Source: a plasmid. From it: a DNA stretch of 64,000 nt. Made by a program: the position numbers and the translations under genes. Each line of letters opens with the position of its first letter. Position 1 is the stretch's first letter. Under the pieces are notes generated by a model. The model saw only the letters and a list, made by a program, of their open reading frames with translations, was not told where the DNA came from and did no database searches. The stretch lies in the sequence record NZ_CP044080.1; one strand, written 5' to 3'. Shown here piece by piece: positions 18,630 to 25,646 of this stretch.

Positions 18630-19256
18630 CTAGCGCCGGATGCGGGTGCCGCGCACCGTCATGTCAAAGGCCCCGGTCGCGGGCACATCGACGCGCAACC
18701 CGCCCGGCAGCGTGACCCGGGTCAGATCGCGGCCGGGGTTGAGGACCGTCGAGGGGTCGAAATTGGCATGCCCGCCCCCGTTCACGAAGCCCGGCGGCCC
18801 CGAGTTCACATGCGAGCCCGCAATCGAGCCGGGGTCGAAATTCGCGTGCCCGCCGCCGTTCACGAAACCGGGTGGGCCGGAATTCACATGCGTTCCCGTG
18901 CCCCCCGAGGGGTCGAAGTTCGCATGGCCCCCGCCGTTCACGAAGCCCGGAGGCCCCGAGTTGACATGCACCCCGGCAATCGAGCCGGGATCGAAGTTCG
19001 CGTGCCCGCCGCCGTTCACGAAACCGGGTGGGCCCGAATTGACATGCGCCCCCGAGATGCCGCCCGGATTGCGGATCGCGCCGATGGCGCTGGCCACCTC
19101 GGTGCGCAGGATCGCGGTCAGGTCCTTGAGCGAAAGATCCGCCAGCTTGGTCTCGGGCGCAAGCGACCTGCCTTGGGATGCAGGGCGGTCGGCCTCGGGA
19201 TCACTGCCTGGGGTCGTCGATTGGCCTTCCTTGGAACCCTTGGGTTCTTGTGCCAT
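18630..19256 (-). CDS. Putative multi-core RiPP precursor: ~68-aa leader, four tandem 26-aa core repeats (HVNSGPPGFVNGGGHANFDP) and a ~40-aa C-terminal tail
   Basis: GGAGA Shine-Dalgarno 8 nt upstream of the ATG. Four ~78-bp DNA repeats (18750-19052) differ mainly at synonymous positions, so the peptide repeat is conserved. Immediately upstream of the maturase genes. Confidence 0.6.
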   Translation of the reverse strand: MAQEPKGSKEGQSTTPGSDPEADRPASQGRSLAPETKLADLSLKDLTAILRTEVASAIGAIRNPGGISGAHVNSGPPGFVNGGGHANFDPGSIAGVHVNSGPPGFVNGGGHANFDPSGGTGTHVNSGPPGFVNGGGHANFDPGSIAGSHVNSGPPGFVNGGGHANFDPSTVLNPGRDLTRVTLPGGLRVDVPATGAFDMTVRGTRIRR

Positions 19257-19416
19257 GACTGAGTCTCCGTTTGCTTCAATAGAAAGTCCCAGATGTCGGA
19301 TGGATCTGGGCAGAGTCTTCCAGTCGAAAAATCACTGCAAACAGTTCGTTCAGATTACCCCAGAACAGGGATTCGAACAATCCCGCATCGCAGGCGCAAA
19401 GGCTTGCGCAGCGCCC

Positions 19417-20616
19417 CTATTGCCCGGCCGGGATCAGGGACGGATCGGCGGCCAGCGTCGTTCCGGGACTGGGCTGGGGCTCGGCGCCCTCTTCGAGTAC
19501 GCGGGCCGGCGCCGTCACCACGGCGCCCAGCGTGTGCAGCGTGCCGGCCGCGACCATGAAGATGCTGCCTCCAGAGCCGTTGTCGCTGGTCAGCCGCTGG
19601 CCCTGTGCCAGCTTGCGCCCGATCAGCCGCACGATGTCGGGGCTTTCGGCAAAGCGCGAATGGTGCGTGCCGCCCGGCACGTCGATCTGGCTCAGGTCGA
19701 TGGCGTCGATCCCCGCCTGCAGCAGGGCGGTGCGATAGGGTTCGCGCGAGGGGTCGATTTCGCCCACGCGCTCGACCCGACCCGCGATCAGCCGCGACAG
19801 ACCCAGTGCGCGGTCGTCCTTGGCCATGAAGATGGTGAAATGCGGGCGCGGGGCGGCCATTTCAATGAACTGGCGGGAAAACACCTCGATGTCGATATCG
19901 GGCGAGGCGAGGACCACGTCACGGATCTTGGGATTCACGGGGCCGCTGCGGATGCTCATCTGGCGCAGCGATTCCATGGTCAGGAAGGCGCCCATGGAAT
20001 GGGCCAGGATGGTGATCTGCGTGACCGAGGAGTCGTCCGCCAGGATTCGCAGCGACTGTTCCAGCGCGGTGCGGGAATAAAGCGCGCTTTCGCGGTCATA
20101 GTTATAGCCGACGGGGCTTCCACGCGACGGCCAGGTGAACAGGATCGGTGTCGCCGCCACATCGCCGTCATGCGCGATCTGGGCCAGCCGATAGACCGCC
20201 TCGCCATAGGTCGTGTTGAACCCGTGAACGAACAGCAGCACATGGCCGCCGACGCGGTGCTGGCGCATCCAGGCCCGGCCCTGCGCCACCGAACTGATGT
20301 CCTGCACCTGGCGGACGTGGAAATCGGTCGTCGGCTGGGGCGGACGGGTGCGCGGCCACTGGATCGTGCCACTGGGGCGGTTCGCGGGGATCCCCACCTT
20401 GACCGCGTCGAGATGCAACTGCGGGTCGCGCCGGCCGCCGTAACGCTCGGCCCGGTCGGTCAACATCTGGCGGTTGGTGGCCACCAGAACATCGACCGCA
20501 GGGCCGGTCTCGACCGGGGCCACGACCGGCTGCATCAGCCCGGTCGGCCGGGGCGAGCAGGCCGACAGCATTCCCGTCAGCAGGACCAGAAGGATCGCCA
20601 GCCGCACCGGCATCAA
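19417..20616 (-). CDS. Alpha/beta-hydrolase-fold lipoprotein (DUF900-type serine hydrolase)
   Basis: Lipobox (LLTGMLSAC), nucleophile elbow (LAHSMGAF) and the alpha/beta hydrolase order. Confidence 0.65.
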   Translation of the reverse strand: MMPVRLAILLVLLTGMLSACSPRPTGLMQPVVAPVETGPAVDVLVATNRQMLTDRAERYGGRRDPQLHLDAVKVGIPANRPSGTIQWPRTRPPQPTTDFHVRQVQDISSVAQGRAWMRQHRVGGHVLLFVHGFNTTYGEAVYRLAQIAHDGDVAATPILFTWPSRGSPVGYNYDRESALYSRTALEQSLRILADDSSVTQITILAHSMGAFLTMESLRQMSIRSGPVNPKIRDVVLASPDIDIEVFSRQFIEMAAPRPHFTIFMAKDDRALGLSRLIAGRVERVGEIDPSREPYRTALLQAGIDAIDLSQIDVPGGTHHSRFAESPDIVRLIGRKLAQGQRLTSDNGSGGSIFMVAAGTLHTLGAVVTAPARVLEEGAEPQPSPGTTLAADPSLIPAGQ

Positions 20617-20889
20617 GGCGACCCTGGTGGCAGCGGGGCGCAGCCGTGAAAGGTAAGGAAGGCGCGCCGGGGATGTGGGCCGCCAGGGGAAGCGGCCAGG
20701 GGGAGATCGCAGGGATGGCTGGTCACGGGCCGCCTCGAAATGGAAACAGTTGCCGGTGCTGTGGCCGGTCGCGGGGTCTTGCGCCCGGAGGTTACGTCAG
20801 GCTCGGCCGGTCCGTCCAGTCCCGGCGTGCTTGCGGGAACCGCGGTCCCGGACCCGGTTTTCGCTGCGACGCGCGTCCAGGCCCGCCGA

Positions 20890-21300
20890 TCAGACGGCGG
20901 CCTGCCGCGCGCTGTCCCGCGCGCGCCCTTGGCTGACCGCAAAGACCAGCATCGCGAGGGCCGATACGGCAGCCGGAATCGCGAAGATCAGGAAGTTCTG
21001 GCCCAGCGGCATTCCCCAGGCCAGCAGCACGCCCCCGAAGGTCGGCCCGGCGACGGCGCCGATCCGACCCACCCCAAGGCCCAGCCCAGGCCCGCCCCGC
21101 GTACCGACAGGGTGTAAAGCTGCGCCACGCTGGCATAAAGCAGGATCTGCGTGCCGATGCTGGTGGCGCCCGCCACGAAGACCAGGGCGAACAGCAGCCA
21201 CGGCGAAGGGTTGGCGCCGATCAGCGCGATGGCCAGCGCGGCGGCGGCGAAGAAGCCCACGACGACCCTGGGCAGGCCAAAGCCTCCCTGTTGTCGTCAA
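20890..21300 (-). pseudogene. MFS transporter remnant: C-terminal ~4 TM helices only, internally frameshifted
   Basis: Two overlapping minus-strand frames carry an MFS C-terminus (LLFALVFVAGATSIGTQILLYASVAQLY... and ...PTFGGVLLAWGMPLGQNFLIFAIPAAVSALAMLVFAVSQ) with a frame switch near 21075. No N-terminal half is present. Confidence 0.45.
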
Positions 21301-21305
21301 TGCCG

Positions 21306-21670
21306 TCAGCCCAGATCGTCGCCCGCCACGGGCAGGCCCGAGCCGGTGATGTAGGACGCCTCGTCCGAGGCCAGGCATAGGATCGGCGCGGCCTGTTCCC
21401 GAATGCCGCCATAGCGGCGCATGAAGGCCGAATGCTTGACCTGTGCGACCACCTCGGCCATCCAGCGTTGCTCGTCGGAGCTGCCGCCCTCGGCGTTTCG
21501 GGAGACGCGGCGGGGCGGGGCCTCGGTCCCGCCCGAAGACACGTTGACGATGGTCCCGCCGCCCCGGGCCGTCAGATGCGGCAGGACCGCCCGGCAGCAA
21601 CGATCTGGGCGGGTTCGAATTTGGCGAAGGGCCTCATTCGGATCGCGCCGCGGACATTATTGATGAGGGC
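21306..21670 (-). pseudogene. Short-chain dehydrogenase/reductase remnant: 5'-truncated and frameshifted
   Basis: SDR C-terminal motifs lie in two different frames (NALINNVRGA...; GTIVNVSSGG...; CLASDEASYITGSGLPV). No N-terminal Rossmann region, because the next gene ends at 21723. Confidence 0.45.
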
Positions 21671-21722
21671 GTTCGGACCTGCGTTGCCGGGTGATCGACG
21701 ACGACCCGGCGGCATCGCCCGG

Positions 21723-22958
21723 TCAGGACGGGCCGGCCGGTGCGAGCTGCCGGGCAATCTGCGCGCCCGCCGCGCCCCAGCGGGCATGCAGGGCCGGGGC
21801 GCCGCCCTGCTGCCAGGACCGCCAGGCCTCGGCCGCCGGGATGCTGCCGAACCAGCCGATGCCCTGCGGCGCGGCGGGGGTATGCAGCACCTCGCGCTCG
21901 ACCAAAAGGCCGTCCTCGACCAGGATGGTGCGAGCGATGCGCGGGCGCTCGGGCGGTGGCAAGGCGGGCAGGTCGTCGGGAAAGTCCCGCCGCGCTGCCC
22001 AGAAGGGCTCGGCGCGAAAGCGTGGCTCGGCACGCAGGAAATCACGTCCGATCCGCGCCTGGTGCAGGCTGGTCTGCAGCGCCCGTTGCGTAAGGAAGCG
22101 GCGGCAAAGGGATTGCGCGCCGGGCCGGGCCGCCAGCGTGCGGCGCACGGCCGCGACGGCAAGCGCACTCGACACCGCCCAGAACTGGCCGTGGCCCGAA
22201 AGCGGGTCCATGGCAGCCAGGGCATCGCCGACGCGCAGCAGGTCCAATGCCCCGACCGGCCCGGGCAGGCGCGGCGCCGCCTCGCGCACCAGAGGCTGGC
22301 CGGAAAGCGGCGCATGAGCCAGCGCCGGCTCGGCCGCGGCCATGGCGGCTTGCAGCCGGCCAGCCGGGCTGCCGTCGCCGGCGGCGTCCAGCACCGCCTG
22401 GATCCAGACCCGTCCATCGGGCAACGCCACCCGCCACAGCCAGCCCTGCGGCAGCGCCACCAGCCGAATGCCGGGAGGCAGGTTGGCCCGCACCCAGCCG
22501 GACAGCGCCACCGTGGCCGGCGCCTTGCCGATGCTTGCACGCGCGCGGCGACCTCGCGCGTCGATGACCATGGGCGCGCGCAGTCTGTCGCTGCCCAGCC
22601 ACACGCCGCCCGGCTCGGGCCGGCCGCTGCCGATGGCCAGCCGAGCGCCAGCAGCCTGGGCGCAGCGGCGCAGATGGGCGTCCAGCGCAGCGCGCTCAAC
22701 CACATGTTCGGCATTGCTTTCGCTGACGCCCGCCCAGTCCACCTGCCGCCTGAACGGGCCGAAAATGCCGGCAAACCCGTCGATCAGCCCCTGGCCCGCC
22801 AGCCAACGGTGCAGGCGCGGGCTGAGCCCCTCGAGCCTCGGCCGGTCACGGGCGGGATCGATCAGCAGCACGCGCAGCCCGTCGCGCGCCGCAAGCCAGG
22901 CCGAAACCGCGCCTGCCGGCCCACCTCCCAGCACGATCAGATCGGCATCCGCGCCCAT
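21723..22958 (-). CDS. FAD-dependent oxidoreductase/monooxygenase (flavin halogenase / geranylgeranyl-reductase-like fold; QhpG-like candidate)
   Basis: N-terminal GxGxxG (DLIVLGGGPAGAVSAWLAARDG). About 411 aa. Divergent from the cytochrome/radical SAM pair. Start at MGADADLIV. Confidence 0.6.
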   Translation of the reverse strand: MGADADLIVLGGGPAGAVSAWLAARDGLRVLLIDPARDRPRLEGLSPRLHRWLAGQGLIDGFAGIFGPFRRQVDWAGVSESNAEHVVERAALDAHLRRCAQAAGARLAIGSGRPEPGGVWLGSDRLRAPMVIDARGRRARASIGKAPATVALSGWVRANLPPGIRLVALPQGWLWRVALPDGRVWIQAVLDAAGDGSPAGRLQAAMAAAEPALAHAPLSGQPLVREAAPRLPGPVGALDLLRVGDALAAMDPLSGHGQFWAVSSALAVAAVRRTLAARPGAQSLCRRFLTQRALQTSLHQARIGRDFLRAEPRFRAEPFWAARRDFPDDLPALPPPERPRIARTILVEDGLLVEREVLHTPAAPQGIGWFGSIPAAEAWRSWQQGGAPALHARWGAAGAQIARQLAPAGPS

Positions 22959-23160
22959 GCGCCGTTCCCTTTCCTTACCCTGCCTTGCCTGAATGAAAGG
23001 CACCTTGCGCCGGATTGCCGCCCGCGAACCTGACATTTGCGGCCAAAGCCACAGGGCGCGCGACGATGCGTCGCGACTCTGGCCGGGAATGACAAGAACC
23101 TGCCCGCCGCTGGCGCTTTTCTGGACCTCATCGCGATCGGGCCATTCCCGACAAGCCACA

Positions 23161-24129
23161 GGAAGCCGCCAGATGAAGCCACTGACCCGAACCGCCCTGG
23201 TCTCTGCCGCCGCCCTTGCCGCCGCCCCGGCGCTGGCGGTCAGCGGCGAGGACGTCCTGCAAAACGCCTGCGCCGCCTGCCACGTCAAGCACGAAGACGG
23301 CCGGTGGGAACGCATCGACGCCGTCCGCAAGACGCCCGAGGGCTGGGACATGACGGTGACGCGGATGATGCGCAATCACGGCGTCGCGCTGGAACCGCAA
23401 GAGCGGGCGGCTGTGGTCCGCTACCTGTCCGACACCCGCGGTCTGACGCCCGAAGAAGCCGAGGGGCGCCGCTATATCCTGGAACGCGAACCAGTGGCCT
23501 TCGACGAGGGTCCCGATACGCTGATGACCCAAACCTGCGGCCGATGCCATTCCTATGCCCGCGTCGCCCTGCAACGCCGCACGCCCGAGGATTGGGCGCA
23601 TCTGGTGAACTTCCACCTGGGCCAGTTCCCGACGCTGGAATACCAGGCGCTGGCGCGGGATCGCGACTGGTGGGGCATCGCCCAGGCCGAGATCATTCCC
23701 TTCCTCGCCAAGACCTATCCGCTGGGCGAGGCGCCGCCCGCCTTTGCCGGCGACGCTTCGGGCGACTACGTCCTGGCTGGGCGCCAGCCGGGGCGTGGCG
23801 ACTATACCGGACGGCTGGCGCTGACGAAAGCGGGTGACGATTACGCCGTGACCATGACGCTGGACTTCGCCGACGGCAGCGCAAGCTACAAGGGCACCGG
23901 CCGCATCCTGGGCGCCGGCGAATGGCGCGCGACGCTGAGCGACGGCAAGACCGGGATCCGCCAGGTCCTTGTTTTTCACGACGGCCGCTTCGACGGGCGC
24001 TGGTACCACGCCGACAGCGACGTGATCGGCGGCAGACTGGCGGCGGTGACGATGCGGGGCTTTTTACGCCAGGCGACGCCGGGCCGAACCCGGAACGCCC
24101 GATGCAGACCAACAACGCGGGCAACCTGA
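23161..24129 (+). CDS. Diheme c-type cytochrome with signal peptide (QhpA-like alpha subunit of quinohemoprotein amine dehydrogenase; probably frameshifted near the 3' end)
   Basis: Signal peptide MKPLTRTALVSAAALAAAPALA. Two CxxCH motifs (CAACH, CGRCH) about 90 residues apart. The apparent authentic C-terminus continues in another frame to 24227. Confidence 0.55.
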   Translation, partial: GSRQMKPLTRTALVSAAALAAAPALAVSGEDVLQNACAACHVKHEDGRWERIDAVRKTPEGWDMTVTRMMRNHGVALEPQERAAVVRYLSDTRGLTPEEAEGRRYILEREPVAFDEGPDTLMTQTCGRCHSYARVALQRRTPEDWAHLVNFHLGQFPTLEYQALARDRDWWGIAQAEIIPFLAKTYPLGEAPPAFAGDASGDYVLAGRQPGRGDYTGRLALTKAGDDYAVTMTLDFADGSASYKGTGRILGAGEWRATLSDGKTGIRQVLVFHDGRFDGRWYHADSDVIGGRLAAVTMRGFLRQATPGRTRNARCRPTTRAT

Positions 24130-24204
24130 AGGTCATCGCCACCGTGGACACGGGTGGCGTGCCGCTGACCGCCGAGGCGCATCTTTACGCCACGGTTCAG
24201 CGCT

Positions 24205-25584
24205 TTGTCGACGCGCCGATCCGGTGACGCCATGGGAGCCCTGACCCTGATCCGCCACAATGCCCGCCGGGTCGATGTCGACGGCCATGCCATGCTGATG
24301 TATGTGCCGACGACCAGCCTGTTCGAGCTCGACGGCGTGGCGCGCGACGTCTATGACCTGTTCCGCAGCGCGCCCGCCGTAGACCCAGACCTGATGCGGG
24401 CGCGGCTGGGCCGGCACAGCCCGGACACGCTGGCCGACTGCCTGCACAGCTTCCTGGCGCTCGACATCCTGCGTGACGCCGATGCGGCGGATACCCCCCG
24501 CCCGATCACGAAGGTCGAGGGGATTCCGCTGTCCACGATCATCCTGAACGTGAACACCGGCTGCAACCTGGCCTGCACCTATTGCTACAAGGAGGACCTG
24601 ACCACCCCCGCCAAGGGCCAGAAGATGGGCTTTCACACGGCGCGCGCCAGTTTCGAGCTGCTGCCGAAGCAGGCCCATGCCCGCGACCGGGTGAACGTGG
24701 TGTTCTTTGGCGGCGAGCCGCTGTCGAACATGCCGCTGATCCGCGAAGTGGTGGCCTATGCCCTGCCGCGCGCGGCGGAGCTGGGCAAGACGGTCGATTT
24801 CTCGCTGACCACCAATGCGACTCTGCTAATGCCCGACCTGGTCGACTGGTTCGACGCGCATCGCTTCGCGCTGACGGTCAGCATGGACGGGCCCAAGGTG
24901 CTGCACGACCAGAACCGCAAGACGGTGGGCGGCAAGGGCACCTATGACCTGGTGGCGCGCAATGTGCGCATGCTGCTCGCGCGCTATCGTTCGCGACCGG
25001 TCGGCGTACGGGTGACGCTGACGCGCGGCGTGACCGACGTCATCGGCATCCACGACCACCTGAAGAACGATCTCGGCTTCCACGAGGTCGGCTTCGGCCC
25101 GGCGACCTCGGGGCCGATCGCGGTATTCAACCTGGATCAGCAGGCGCTGCAAGCCGCCTTCGAGGACATGAAGACCCTGGGCCGACGCTATGTCGAGGCC
25201 GCCTGCCGGGGCGAGAATATCGGTTTTTCCAACATGCACCAGTTGCTGACCGACATCGCCCAAGGCACCAAGAAGGCCGTGCCCTGCGGCGCCGGGCTGG
25301 GAATGCTTGCCGTGGACAAGGAGGGCGATCTGCACCTCTGCCACCGCTTCGTCGGCTCGAACCAGCCGACCTATGGCAATGTCGCGCAGGGCATCGACGT
25401 GCCGGGGTCGTCGTATCGCGCCTTGGCCCGGCTATTCCCTGTTGCTGCCGACTTTAGCACAGGCGGGCCGCGACCTCTCAAAAAGCTGCGCCTTGGCGGC
25501 CCGGCCGGTGCGACGTCGCGAAGCCCTTGCGAATACGACAGTTTTGCGACGGATCGCGGCGATGGACGCCCGAGACGAACCTGA
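24205..25584 (+). CDS. Radical SAM protein, anSME/QhpD-like; the distal SPASM half appears degenerate
   Basis: CxxxCxxC (CNLACTYC), GGEP motif and the start of a SPASM domain (PCGAGLG...GDLHLCHRF). No further Cys cluster follows in any frame. Alternative start MGALT at 24232. Confidence 0.6.
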   Translation: MSTRRSGDAMGALTLIRHNARRVDVDGHAMLMYVPTTSLFELDGVARDVYDLFRSAPAVDPDLMRARLGRHSPDTLADCLHSFLALDILRDADAADTPRPITKVEGIPLSTIILNVNTGCNLACTYCYKEDLTTPAKGQKMGFHTARASFELLPKQAHARDRVNVVFFGGEPLSNMPLIREVVAYALPRAAELGKTVDFSLTTNATLLMPDLVDWFDAHRFALTVSMDGPKVLHDQNRKTVGGKGTYDLVARNVRMLLARYRSRPVGVRVTLTRGVTDVIGIHDHLKNDLGFHEVGFGPATSGPIAVFNLDQQALQAAFEDMKTLGRRYVEAACRGENIGFSNMHQLLTDIAQGTKKAVPCGAGLGMLAVDKEGDLHLCHRFVGSNQPTYGNVAQGIDVPGSSYRALARLFPVAADFSTGGPRPLKKLRLGGPAGATSRSPCEYDSFATDRGDGRPRRT

Positions 25585-25646
25585 CATTTCCGGCCAGATT
25601 TCCGGCCCCTGTCCCAGACTCGCCAGAAGGGTCCAGGAGGGGTGAG

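Noticed and set aside
18750-19052. Tandem ~78-bp repeats considered as a CRISPR array or non-coding minisatellite
   Set aside because: There are no unique spacers between short identical repeats. The period is ~78 bp and the units are near-identical throughout except for third-codon-position changes. No cas genes in the window. A tandemly repeated coding sequence explains it best.
18640-20649. 669-aa plus-strand ORF spanning the repeat region and the alpha/beta hydrolase gene
   Set aside because: It runs antisense across two independently supported minus-strand genes and an intergenic gap. The translation is low-complexity (PPFTKPGGPEFTCEP... comes from reading the precursor repeats backwards). 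The minus-strand precursor has a GGAGA RBS and a synonymous-site divergence pattern.
20617-20890. Possible small gene in the 270-bp gap upstream of the MFS remnant
   Set aside because: No frame has a credible start, RBS and protein-like composition. Treated as a non-coding deletion scar.
21572-22774. 400-aa minus-strand ORF overlapping the FAD oxidoreductase in another frame
   Set aside because: An alternative frame of a gene whose correct frame shows the GxGxxG FAD motif. Only its extreme 3' end (NALINNVRGA) is meaningful, as part of the SDR remnant.
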